A stretch of 64,000 nt of DNA from an uncultured delta proteobacterium (GTDB lineage Bacteria; Desulfobacterota; Desulfuromonadia; Desulfuromonadales; BM103): NCBI GenBank assembly GCA_963715335.1, contig CAVQRZ010000014.1, forward strand, positions 128,001 to 192,000, written 5' to 3'. Below are positions 29,517 through 39,931 of the stretch, in pieces (positions within the stretch are counted from its first letter, which is position 1; the number at the start of each line of letters is the position of its first letter). A program made the position numbers and the translations under genes. The notes under the pieces are model-generated. The model was not told where the DNA came from, searched no databases, and saw only the letters and a program-made list of their open reading frames with translations.

Positions 29517-31162
29517 ATGCGCAACAGAAGTCTTTTTCAGGAGAACACAAAGAAGTGATTGCTCAAGACAGTCTCAATAAATTCCGGCCACAGGTCAGTC
29601 TGCCCATCGTGACCTTCCTGGCGGCTTGTTTTTTCGTCAATTTGACAATCACGTTAATGATTTCCTGGCTGCCAGCCTCGGTCTTGACAAAGGCGATCAC
29701 TGGCTTTTCATGGGGCTCCTTTGGCTGTTGCTGGTCCTGGCCTTTAATCTTCTCTTTATGTTGTTGGCGTTCCGTCCGGTTTTGAAGCCCTTCCTCTGCC
29801 TGATGTTCCTGGTCGCGGCAAGCGCGAGTTATTTCACCGACAGCTTTGGCACGATCATCGACAAGACGATGATTACAATGCACTGGAAACGTATCAATGT
29901 TGACTTGTGCTGGCCCGTCAGGCTTGATGCTCTATGGCTTTGCACCGATGACCCTGCTACTGCTGACGCGCATCCGCTATCGTCCGCTGCGGCAAGAGAT
30001 GTTGACCAGAGCCGCAGTGATTGTGGGCAGCCTCGTTTTGATCGTCGGCCTAGGGTATGTAAATTTCAAGAACCTGGTCCTGTTCGGTCGTGAGCACCGG
30101 GACCTGCGCATGCTCGTCAACCCGGTCTATCCGCTCAGCTCCGTTCAGAGGGTTATCAAGAAAGAATTCTTTGCCCGGGCCAAGCAGCCCTTGCAGCCGA
30201 TGGCGAGCGACGCCACCAGGGATGCCGTCGGCAGATCAGTATTCGTGCTGGTCGTCGGTGAAACCGCGCGCTCCCAGGAGTTCGCCTTCAATGGCTATCC
30301 TCGCGATACGAATCCCTATCTGAGCCAGCGTGATGTGGTCAATTTCACGGATGTTGCTGCCTGCGGCACTTCGACCATTGAATCAGTCCCCTGCATTTTT
30401 TCGCACCTGGCGCATAGCGGTTTCAGCCGCGATAAAGCGGGGAATTTCGAGAACCTTCTGGATGTTCTGCAGCGGCTTGGCGTCAAGGTCGTCTGGCTTG
30501 ACAACAATTCCAGCAGCAAGGGGGTTGCAGATCGTGTCCAGTATAAAAATTTCCTCGAGCAGGACGCTTCGGAAGTCTGCCCGGACGGGGAATGTTACGA
30601 CGAGATCCTCCTGCAGGGCCTGGCCGCTGAAATCTCCGCATCAGATAAGACCTCCTGTTGTCTTGCATATGATCGGCAGCACGAACAGGCGTATTACAAG
30701 CGCACACCGGCTGCTTTCAAGGTCTTCCTGCCGGAATGCTCGGTTGACAATGTCCAGGATTGTTCTCAGCAGGAGATCGTGAATGCCTACGACAATACTA
30801 TTGTCTATACTGATTATGTGCTCTCAAAGGCGATAGACTTGCTCTCCGCACAGGATATCCCGGGCGCGATGCTCTATGTCTCTGACCATGGCGAATCGCT
30901 AGGCGAGAACGGGATCTACCTGCACGGGCTCCCCTATGCCCTGGCCCCCGTCGAACAGACCCGTGTCCCCATGTTGTTCTGGGCTTCCGATGACTACCTC
31001 ACCCAGAAGGAGATCGATCTGCCGATACTGCAAGGCAACAGGTCCTTATCTTACAGTCACGATAATATCTTCCACAGTATGTTAGGACTGTTCGGAGTCA
31101 AAACCGGTGCTTACCACCCTGATCTGGACCTGTTTGCCGGTTCTCACCAAAAGCGTGGCTGA
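29517..31162 (+). CDS. eptA: Lipid A phosphoethanolamine transferase, frameshifted and with a small internal deletion
   Basis: N-terminal TMs, VLVVGETAR, GYPRDTNP, CGTST..SVPCIFS, WLDNNS, NAYDNTIVYTD, YVSDHGESLGENGIYLHG, SHDNIFHS. Confidence 0.88.
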
Positions 31163-31308
31163 GATACCGACTTCGTGCAGCTGATCGGGTCGGTTAAGGC
31201 CGGCCGAAGCACCTTGTCGAGGTCCGTCATCAGAAAAGTTGGCGATACTCCCGTATTTCGGTTATCGTTGGCCAATCTGTTAAATTTCATGCCTGGACAG
31301 GGTGCCTG

Positions 31309-32587
31309 ATGGAAGAAACCACACAGACCAAGGTCTTCGCCTTCATTCAGAGCGGGCTGTTCCTGCTCCTGCTTCTTTTGCTCCTCGCTTTCAACAAAGG
31401 CCCGACTCTCATCTACGGGAGCCTTTCGCTGGTCCTGCTGATCGCTTACCACCTGATAATCGATTACCGTTTCACCCCATCCAGGCTCATGAGCTCCAAA
31501 CTGCTCAACGCCTACGTTGCCATGTCCCTGTTTTTGTGCACCCTGGTTATCTGGAGTACCAGGGTGCCAGGCCATGATGAAAGTAACTTCTGGATCGTCT
31601 ACTTCCTGCCGATAACTATCGCCGCAGCTCATCTGAAATTGAGAGGCACTCTCGTCACATGCACGGTTGCCTTCGCACTGTTTATTGCCCACCTGCCTCC
31701 GCATATGTATCTCGATCCCAGGGAGCGGGTAGAGGAATTGCCTGAACTCATCGGTTTTGGCATCATGTTCTTCTTTTTGGGGGTTCTGGTGCAGGCCTTT
31801 GCCCGGCAGAATCGTCACGAGTTGGCTATGAAACAGCAGCTTAACGATAAACTTCTGGAAAACCAGCAACGCCTCAGGGATTCCCTGGAACGGCTTGACA
31901 CCGCGGAGGAAAGTCATGAGGACCAGGGAGCGGCTTGCTTCCCTCGGTGAAATGTCGGCTGGCATAGCCCACGAAATCCGCAACCCTCTCGGGATTATCT
32001 CTTCTTCGGCACAGCTGCTTGAGCGTGAGGTCGCCAATGCGGAGGCCCGGCAACTGCTTGAAATTATCCAGGAGGAGTCAACCCGCCTGAATGGGTTGAT
32101 CACGGAGTTTCTGACCTTCGGTCGGCAGCTCGAGCCACAGCGCCAACCGTGCGACCTGGCGGCATTGACTGCGCGTATCCTTGACTCCCTGCAGAATGTG
32201 GCGCAGCAGAAGAGGGTTGCCCTTGCCCTCGATCGCGAATGCTCAACCTGCATCGCTTCCGTCGATGCCGATATGATGCAGCAGGTCCTGCTCAACCTGC
32301 TCTTGAATGCGCTGGAGGCAACCGCTCCGGGCGGCCGGGTTCGTGTTGTTTTGGAACAGTATCCGGAGCGGCTCGATATTGTGATCGACGACTCAGGTCA
32401 TGGTATCCCCGCAGAGAACCTGGCCAAGGTCTTCGACCCGTTTTTTACCACGAAGAGTGAGGGCACCGGCCTCGGCCTTGCCAATGCCTACAAGATCATG
32501 GAGAGTCATGGCGGCTCATTGAAAGTGGCCAGCCACGTCGGCCAAGGCAGTAGATTCACCGCTTCACTTCCACTGGAGGTCAGTTGA
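31309..32587 (+). CDS. Membrane-embedded sensor histidine kinase, one frameshift near 31910
   Basis: About 6-TM N-terminus followed by IAHEIRNPL, NLLLNA, DSGHG, FDPFFTTK, GTGLGL. Confidence 0.88.
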
Positions 32588-33957
32588 ATGGCTCACATCC
32601 TGGTTGATGATGATGAAAAAATTACCGGTTTGTCCTGGCGAAACTTCTGACTGACGATGGCCACCGGGTCTCAGTTGCCGAGAACCCGTTTGCAGCCCTC
32701 GAACTGCTGGGCCGTGAAGATGTTTCGCTGATCCTTTCCGACCTGAGGATGCCGAACATGGACGGCATGGTGTTTCATCAGCGCGTTGTGGAAGATTACG
32801 GTGATATACCGTTTATTATCATGACCGCCTTCGCGACCGTGGAAACTGCCCTGCAGTCGATGAAGGCCGGAGTCTTTGATTACCTGATGAAACCTTTCAA
32901 GAATGAGGAGATTCTGGTAGTGGTCGAAAAGGCTCTCGGTTTTGCCAGGCTTCGGACTGAAAACACCCTGTTGAGACGACAGCTAGATGCGGGTAACGGC
33001 AGCGAAATCATCGGCCAGAGCGCGGCCGTTCGGCAGCTCCTCCAGGAGATCAAACAGGTCGCGCCTGCGCCGACGTCTGTTCTGATCACTGGTGAGAGCG
33101 GCACCGGCAAAGAACTGGTTGCCAGGGCGTTGCATCACTCCAGCCCCAGGCAGAGTGCTGCACTGGTGGCGGTCAATTGCGCCACCTTCGCCGAGAACCT
33201 GCTCGAGAGCGAGTTGTTCGGTCATGAACGCGGGGCCTTCACAGGGGCCACTGAGCGCAAGCGTGGTCTGCTCGAGATGGCCGACGGCGGCACCTTGTTT
33301 TTAGATGAAATAGGCGAGATGCCTTTGCCCCTTCAGCCCAAGCTGCTGCGCCTGCTGCAGGAGAAACGCTTCAGGAGAGTCGGCGGTACTGCGGAAATCG
33401 AATGTGATGTACGCGTGGTGGCTGCGACCAACCGGGATCTGAAGACCCTGATCGCGGCAGGGCAGTTTCGAGATGATCTCTATTACCGTCTCAACGTGGT
33501 AACCTTGAATATCCCGCCGCTGCGGGAAAGAGCAGAAGACATACCGTTGTTGGCCCTGTTCTTTGTGCGACGTTATGCCCGGGAGTTGGGCCGGCCGGTT
33601 AGCGGATTTGCCGCCGAGACGCTGCAACTGCTGCAGCAGTATGCATGGCCCGGCAACGTTCGCGAACTGCAGAACATCATTGAACGGGGCGTACTGTTCT
33701 GCAGCGGCGATCAATTTACGCCGCAGGAGCTGCCGTTGTCCCTGCAAGGAGCTGTTGCCGATTCAACTGAAACCAGATTGAAAACACCGGAACTCGGTAA
33801 GCCATTACCCGAGCTCCTCGATAAAGTTGAATCAGACCTGATCCAGCGGGCCATGATTCAGGCCCGCGGGGTCCAGGCCCGGGCTGCGAGGTTGCTGGGC
33901 ATCAGTCGCAGTAACCTGCAGTACAAGTTGCGCAAATATGGCATGATGTCCGACTGA
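32588..33957 (+). CDS. NtrC/AtoC-family sigma-54 response regulator, frameshift near the 5' end
   Basis: MAHILV-DDE start, SDLRMP, GESGTGKE, GAFTGA, WPGNVREL and a Fis-type HTH. Confidence 0.92.
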
Positions 33958-34018
33958 TGCAGAAATTTTGCAATTGCAGTCTATCGCCGGGGCATTATGT
34001 ACAGCTTTTTGTACAAAA
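33938..34018 (+). repeat. Regulator 3' end plus palindromic box TGTACAgcttttTGTACA (33998-34015); second copy at 29114-29254
   Basis: Direct sequence comparison of the two blocks. Confidence 0.88.
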
Positions 34019-34067
34019 TGCCCCGGGTTTTTATTTAAAACGTAATGATTCAAGCGTCTTAACCTGT

Positions 34068-34083
34068 TGGCACAGCTGCTGCA
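34068..34083 (+). promoter_or_regulatory. Sigma-54 promoter of the YceI-PKS operon
   Basis: TGGCAC-AGCTG-CTGCA with exact GG-N10-GC spacing, about 50 bp downstream of the TGTACA palindrome. Confidence 0.7.
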
Positions 34084-34275
34084 TCGTAACAGCTGACGAG
34101 ATGTTCCGTGCCGGTGTTCTGAGCTGCCTGGACAAGCCATTCGACAATCAGGCATATTGACTCTGGTCGCCGATATTTTGTTGCAGCGACCCGAGACCTT
34201 GTGTGTGGCACGGAACGGTCTTGAAGATCAACCATTTATCAATAAAGATGTTTTCCAGAAGGAGCCTGTGACCTC

Positions 34276-34896
34276 ATGAAGCTGCGTATTTGGATCATCA
34301 GTATTGCCGCCGTTCTTAGCCTTGCCATCTATGCAGAGGCAATACCCCTGGATGGAGAGTGCTCCATCCGGTTTTTTGGTAAATCGACCCTGCATGATTT
34401 CGCAGGTCAGGCTGTCTGCCAACCCTTTGTGCTGCAGACCGAAGATCAGGAATCGGGCCGTCAGGTGGTTCGGCAGCAAGTGGTGACTGTTCTGGTCAGT
34501 GAGATGGACACTGACAATGAAGGGCGTGACAAGAAGATGCGGGGCATGTTTGACAGCACAAACTTCCCCGAGATCAAGGGCCACTTCGCTGACCTTGAAC
34601 CGGAAGTGGTTCTCGAACAACTCAAGGCGGCCGAAAACGGGCAGGGGAATCTTGAGTTCGATTTGCAGATCCGGAAGATCACACAACACATCAAGGCCAA
34701 AACCAGTCGGTTGACGATCACCCCGGAACAGATAGTATTCACCATGGAGTTCCCACTGTCGTTGGCCAGTTTCGAACTCAAGCCGCCAAGCGTGATGGGT
34801 ATAATCCGCGTGGCTGACGACGTGCAGGTTGAGGTTCAAACCACCCTGTATCGCCAGCCCTCCGCTAAAGGATCGGCGGCCGAGAAGGAGCAATGA
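34276..34896 (+). CDS. YceI-like exported lipid/polyisoprenoid-binding protein
   Basis: Signal peptide; F.GKSTLHDFAG, MDTDNEGRDKKMR, FPEI, FELKPPS...RVADDV. Confidence 0.8.
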   Translation: MKLRIWIISIAAVLSLAIYAEAIPLDGECSIRFFGKSTLHDFAGQAVCQPFVLQTEDQESGRQVVRQQVVTVLVSEMDTDNEGRDKKMRGMFDSTNFPEIKGHFADLEPEVVLEQLKAAENGQGNLEFDLQIRKITQHIKAKTSRLTITPEQIVFTMEFPLSLASFELKPPSVMGIIRVADDVQVEVQTTLYRQPSAKGSAAEKEQ

Positions 34897-34897
34897 T

Positions 34898-36058
34898 ATG
34901 TCTGTCTGGATCCAGCACATCGAAACCATGAATCCTGGAGTGGCCTATTCGCAGGAATATGCCAGCAGGAAGATGCAGGAATGGACTGAGGATGACCGCC
35001 TCAAGCGCATGACCAGGATTCTTTACAAGAAATCCGGTATCGATCGTCGATATAGCGTGATCACATCTTTCGACCAGAATCTGCCCGGAGATTTTTTCCC
35101 TCTCGACGATGGTGGCAAAAGGCGTGAACTCTCCACTGCCGAACGCAATGCCATCTATACCCGGGAAGCCCACGGACTGTCCGTCGATCTGGCGCGCAAG
35201 ACGATTGAAGGCTGCCCCGGTGTCGAGGCAGAGGATATAACCCATGTGATTACAGTCTCCTGTACCGGTTTCTGCAATCCCGGGCCCGATTACCATATCG
35301 TCAACGATCTTGGCCTGTCCCATGCGACGCAACGTTATAACCTCGGCTTCATGGGTTGCTATGCGGCTTTCCCCGGGTTGAGAATGGCCCGGCAGTTCTG
35401 CGAGGCCAACCCGGAAGCTGTTGTGCTGGTGCTGTGCCTTGAACTCTGCAGCCTGCATCTGCAACTCAACGATCGCGAAGATTCGATGCTGGCCAATTCG
35501 CTCTTCTCCGATGGCGCCGCGGCTGTGATTGTCAGCGCCCGCCCGCCTGAGCCGACCCAGTCAGCTTATCGATTCGGTCATTTTCATTCGTCCCTGGTCC
35601 CCAGCGGCAGGGCCGACATGGCCTGGACCATAGGCGATCTCGGTTTCGACATCGCCCTGTCAAGCTACGTGCCGAAGATCATCGGCGCCAATATCCGCGA
35701 AGCGATCAAGCCGGTCCTCGCTTCGCGCAGTCTTGGCCTTGAAGATATCGGAACCTGGGCGGTCCATCCCGGCGGTAAGGCGATTGTCGACAAGGTGGCT
35801 GAAAGTCTTGACCTCAGTGACCCGCAAGTCGCCGCCTCGCGTAAGGTTTTGCGCGAGTACGGCAACATGAGCAGTGTCACGATCCTGTTCGTCCTGCGCG
35901 AAATATTGCACCGCAAAGATGCCCCGCTCACAGAGGATATCTGTGCCATGGCATTCGGCCCGGGGTTGACTGTCGAGATGGGACTGTTGGAGGCACAACG
36001 TTATCGTCAGGGAATAAACGTGGTCAGACCGCATGAGGTCGAACCGGTCCTGGCGTGA
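34898..36058 (+). CDS. Type III polyketide synthase (chalcone synthase-like)
   Basis: Catalytic Cys-His-Asn triad: FMGCYAA, WAVHPGG, YGNMSS; also VSCTG, ELCSLH, LFSDGAAA, AFGPGLT. Confidence 0.95.
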   Translation: MSVWIQHIETMNPGVAYSQEYASRKMQEWTEDDRLKRMTRILYKKSGIDRRYSVITSFDQNLPGDFFPLDDGGKRRELSTAERNAIYTREAHGLSVDLARKTIEGCPGVEAEDITHVITVSCTGFCNPGPDYHIVNDLGLSHATQRYNLGFMGCYAAFPGLRMARQFCEANPEAVVLVLCLELCSLHLQLNDREDSMLANSLFSDGAAAVIVSARPPEPTQSAYRFGHFHSSLVPSGRADMAWTIGDLGFDIALSSYVPKIIGANIREAIKPVLASRSLGLEDIGTWAVHPGGKAIVDKVAESLDLSDPQVAASRKVLREYGNMSSVTILFVLREILHRKDAPLTEDICAMAFGPGLTVEMGLLEAQRYRQGINVVRPHEVEPVLA

Positions 36059-36082
36059 TATTGACTGAGACGGAATAAACCC

Positions 36083-38362
36083 TTGTCAGGATTGCCAAAG
36101 ATAATGCCATGGCTGTTGACCCGCGGCCGGACTCCGGCCCTGCTGGTACTGGTCTGCCTGACCTTGTTTATGTCGGTGTTTGCCAGTCAGCTCCGTGTCG
36201 AGCAGGAGCCACACTCGATGGTTTCAAGTCAATCCGGGCAATTGGCCACTTATGACAGGTTCCGTGATCTGTTCGGCAATGACGAAGACCTGCTCTTGAG
36301 TGTCACGCATCCGCAATTACTTGAACCGGTCGGTCTGGCGATCATTGCCGGTCTGACTGAACGGCTTGCGGGTTTCGCAGGCGTACGACATGTCTTGAGC
36401 CTGAGCAACGCCCGACAACTGGTTTCAGGTCGATATGGTGCCGAGGATGTTCCCCTTCTGCCCGACCGGGCCAGCACCGAAGATTTGACAGCTGCGGTCG
36501 GGACCGCACTTGAGAGGAACCCCCAATATGAAGGATTGCTGATTTCGCGGGACCGGCGCACAGCGGGGCTGCTTGTCGAACTGGATGATCACCGCGGCGA
36601 TGTTGCGCAAAGGCACCGTCTGATCAGTCAGATCCGGGCCATGATGAACGACCTGGAAGGGCAGGCGGAGCTTCATCTGACCGGGGTCGGGGTACAGAAG
36701 ATCGATGTGGCTGATTACGTGCAACGCGATCAGCAGATCGTCCTGCCTCTGGTCGTGGTGGTCCTGGCTTTCATGCTGGCCATAATCTTTCGTCGTCCCT
36801 CCGGAATCCTGCTGCCTTTGCTGGCGACCATGGTCAGCCTGGTCTGGACGATGGGCTTCTATGCCTTGTGCGGATTCGAACTGAACATTATAACCTCACT
36901 GCTGCCACCGGTGGTTATGGTGCTCGCGATCTCGAACAGCATCCACCTTTATAACGGCTGGTTGCACCTGGAAGATGATGACAGCCAACGGGTCGAAAAA
37001 ATCGTCGCCAAGGTCGGAGAGCTCTTTCTGCCCTGTCTTTTTACCGCGTTAACGACCGCTCTTGGCCTGATTTCGTTGACCATAAGTGCGGTGCCGGCCG
37101 TTCGTCAATTTGCCCTGTTCGCTGCCGTCGGGGTGCTTGTTTCCCTGCTGGTCAGCCTGACCCTGGTTCCGATCGGCATGAGTTTCCTGCCTTTGCCAGG
37201 GCGACATTTCCGAACCGGGACCGGTCTGTTGAGGGTGGTCCTGGAGAGGATCGCGAATCTTACCGTGAATTCCCCTCGCGCTATCATGCTGGTTGCGCTG
37301 CTGTTGCTGGCCGTGACCATGTTCGGCCTGCCCCGGCTGCAAAACAACACCGATATGGTCGGTTTCCTGCGCTCTGATGCACCCCTGGCCATTGACACCA
37401 GGTACATCGATCGGCAACTGGCCGGTGTGAATACCATAGAGTACATGCTCGACAGGAAAGACGGCCGGGCCCTGGAATCCCCTGGCGATTTTTCCCGGTT
37501 GGCACAATTCGAGGCTTACGCCAGGTCTCGAGAACCGGTGGCCAACGTCTATTCGATCCTGACTTTATTGCGCCAGGTCCACCGTGCCGAGACCGATGGT
37601 GCGCTGTCGCAACTGCCTGCTGACCCTGATCAGCTGCGTTATGAATTCGACCTGATGGCCATGGCACCGGACCAGTCCATGCAGAGGCGATTTTTGGCTC
37701 CTGATCGGGCAACGGCCCGGGTCAGTGTCTGGCTGCACGACATCGGCAGTCGAAAAACCGCCGACGTCGTTGATGACCTCGATGCGTACGGCAGCACGCT
37801 CTTCGGCGACGGTTACCGGTTGACTCCAACCGGCAGCTTTTACCAGTTGACCCAGGATTCAAACCGCCTGGTCGCAGACATGCTCAAGAGTTTCGCTCTC
37901 TCACTCTCATTGGTCATGCTGGCAATCCTGGTGTTGCTCCGTTCACCCAGGCTGACTCTGCTGGCAATGATCCCGAACCTTATCCCGATCCTCTGGACCT
38001 TTGGTCTCATGGGCCATTTCGGTATTGACCTGAGCACCGGGACCGCGATGATCGGAGCGGTCGTCATCGGCCTGGCCGTTGATGACACCATCCATTACCT
38101 GGTGCACTACCGACGTGTCTACGCCGGGGTCGTCAGCAAGGCGGTGACCGAGACCACCACCCGGATCGGTCGGGCTCTGATGATTGCAACGCTGGTTTTA
38201 GCTTGCGGTTTCTGGGTCGGCTGTCTTGGCAGTTTCAAGCCGACGATCTACTTTTCATTTCTGGTCGGGGGAACGCTGTTCGGGGCTTTGATCTGTGATC
38301 TTCTGGTACTGCCTGCCTGCCTGATGCTCGGCTGCCCGACCCGCCGCGAGGCCGCCTCATGA
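36083..38362 (+). CDS. MMPL/RND-family lipid exporter
   Basis: Two repeats of TM - periplasmic loop - 5 TM; LAISNSIH, TALTTALG, IGLAVDDTIHY. Confidence 0.9.
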   Translation: MSGLPKIMPWLLTRGRTPALLVLVCLTLFMSVFASQLRVEQEPHSMVSSQSGQLATYDRFRDLFGNDEDLLLSVTHPQLLEPVGLAIIAGLTERLAGFAGVRHVLSLSNARQLVSGRYGAEDVPLLPDRASTEDLTAAVGTALERNPQYEGLLISRDRRTAGLLVELDDHRGDVAQRHRLISQIRAMMNDLEGQAELHLTGVGVQKIDVADYVQRDQQIVLPLVVVVLAFMLAIIFRRPSGILLPLLATMVSLVWTMGFYALCGFELNIITSLLPPVVMVLAISNSIHLYNGWLHLEDDDSQRVEKIVAKVGELFLPCLFTALTTALGLISLTISAVPAVRQFALFAAVGVLVSLLVSLTLVPIGMSFLPLPGRHFRTGTGLLRVVLERIANLTVNSPRAIMLVALLLLAVTMFGLPRLQNNTDMVGFLRSDAPLAIDTRYIDRQLAGVNTIEYMLDRKDGRALESPGDFSRLAQFEAYARSREPVANVYSILTLLRQVHRAETDGALSQLPADPDQLRYEFDLMAMAPDQSMQRRFLAPDRATARVSVWLHDIGSRKTADVVDDLDAYGSTLFGDGYRLTPTGSFYQLTQDSNRLVADMLKSFALSLSLVMLAILVLLRSPRLTLLAMIPNLIPILWTFGLMGHFGIDLSTGTAMIGAVVIGLAVDDTIHYLVHYRRVYAGVVSKAVTETTTRIGRALMIATLVLACGFWVGCLGSFKPTIYFSFLVGGTLFGALICDLLVLPACLMLGCPTRREAAS

Positions 38363-38994
38363 CGCGGTCGTTTTTGACGTTACTGTTGACCTTCGCAGTG
38401 ATCTCATCCTCCTGGGCCGGAGAACCTCGACAGGGCCGCTTGGCGGCCCTGCTCGAAACGGCCAATGACCAGGTCGTTCATCGTGTCGTAGTTCCATCGA
38501 CCGAACAGCCGCAGGGCGAGGTCCAGTTGCTCCGACGTAACAACCTGCTGGTTGTCCGTACTCTCCTGGCCAGCCGGGTCCTGAAACGTGTCGGCGCAAC
38601 CATCGATGCAAGGGAACGCCGCAACTGGCCTGAATCCCGGGATGGCCACGCGGCATCGGTTCGTTACCGGGACGAGCTGTTCCGGGCCGTCGAACAGGCC
38701 TGGGAAAGGTTTCGCCAACGCACTGATCCGGGCGAAACCCGCCAGTTTCTGTCTATAGAATTCATTCTTGCAGGCGACAGTGCAGCCATCGCACTGTCGC
38801 TGCCAAGCCTTGAGGGTGATTATGGCCGTCTGACATTACTTAGCCAGGAGAATATCCAGGCATGGAAGGTTTCACGGAGTTATGTGCGGGGCAATATTCT
38901 TGAAATTGTGCAGGACAGTTTTCACCTCGATGAGTCGGCGGCCTCTGCATTGCTTGCTCCGCTTTGGCCCGACGGCGACCGTGCCGAACGCTAA
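38359..38994 (+). CDS. Exported hypothetical protein
   Basis: Signal peptide MTRSFLTLLLTFAVISSSWA; ATGA overlap with the MMPL stop (translational coupling). Confidence 0.75.
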   Translation: MTRSFLTLLLTFAVISSSWAGEPRQGRLAALLETANDQVVHRVVVPSTEQPQGEVQLLRRNNLLVVRTLLASRVLKRVGATIDARERRNWPESRDGHAASVRYRDELFRAVEQAWERFRQRTDPGETRQFLSIEFILAGDSAAIALSLPSLEGDYGRLTLLSQENIQAWKVSRSYVRGNILEIVQDSFHLDESAASALLAPLWPDGDRAER

Positions 38995-39054
38995 CAGGAT
39001 CTGACCTGTCCGGGGGATTACAGCTGTAGCATCAACCTGAGAATTGAGGGCCAT

Positions 39055-39801
39055 GTGGCAACAAACAGTAAGTTTTCCCTGAAGATCAGGGATTATATAA
39101 ATACTCCGGAGCGCAAGCGAGAATACAACGAACAGCATTTCGGTGAGGCGGCCCGGCACTATGATCTTGCCACTCGAGCCATGTCGCTGGGACGAGATAT
39201 GGCCTGGAAACGGAAGCTCGTTGCCGCTCTACCGAGGTTCCCGGCACCGGTCTGTGTCGATCTTGCCTGTGGTACCGGTGACGTCACCCTGCTTTTGGCC
39301 GACAAGTATCCTGCCGGCCGTGTTATCGGCATAGATCTGACCGAGTCGATGCTGAAGCTGGCCAGGCAGCGCAGCCAGGCAGGCAATGTCGAGTTCCTTC
39401 ATCAGGATATGGGTGCGACCGGTCTGCCGGATGAACTGGCGGACATTGTTACAGGCAGCTATGCCGTACGCAATGCCCCGGAATTTCACCAGGCTTTTGT
39501 TGAAATCCATAGAATTCTCAGGCCGGGTGGATTTGTCGCCTTGCTCGATTTTTCGAAATCTCCGAAGCCCTGGTTGCAAAAGCTGCAGCTCTTCGTCCTG
39601 AAATACTGGTGCGGTCTGTGGGGGTTGATCCTGCACCGCAACCCCGAAGTGCATTCCTACATCGCTGCCAGTCTGAAAAGTTTTCCGGATCGCATCCGGT
39701 TGCACGACCAGCTGCAGGAATGCGGTTTTGCAATCAGTTATTCGAAACGCTTTTACCTGGGGACAGTGGAGCTGCTTGTGCTGCAGAAACCGGGGATATA
39801 G
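39055..39801 (+). CDS. UbiE/MenG-like class I SAM methyltransferase
   Basis: F...ARHYD, MSLGRD..WK, VDLACGTGD, RILRPGG, LDFSK. Confidence 0.85.
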   Translation: MATNSKFSLKIRDYINTPERKREYNEQHFGEAARHYDLATRAMSLGRDMAWKRKLVAALPRFPAPVCVDLACGTGDVTLLLADKYPAGRVIGIDLTESMLKLARQRSQAGNVEFLHQDMGATGLPDELADIVTGSYAVRNAPEFHQAFVEIHRILRPGGFVALLDFSKSPKPWLQKLQLFVLKYWCGLWGLILHRNPEVHSYIAASLKSFPDRIRLHDQLQECGFAISYSKRFYLGTVELLVLQKPGI

Positions 39802-39931
39802 CCTGTGGCGTAACCGGGGAGCGCAGATGGATTGCAGGTCGTCTGAAAAACGATAGTTTCTCGGAACAGTCAGGCGCGCCTCACTGACATATGTCGAAAA
39901 TCAGTAAAATTCATGAAGCTTAGGTACCCTT

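Noticed and set aside
29298..29558. Short ORF(s) upstream of eptA with a GGAG RBS
   Set aside because: Frame uncertain because of indels, and no recognisable family.
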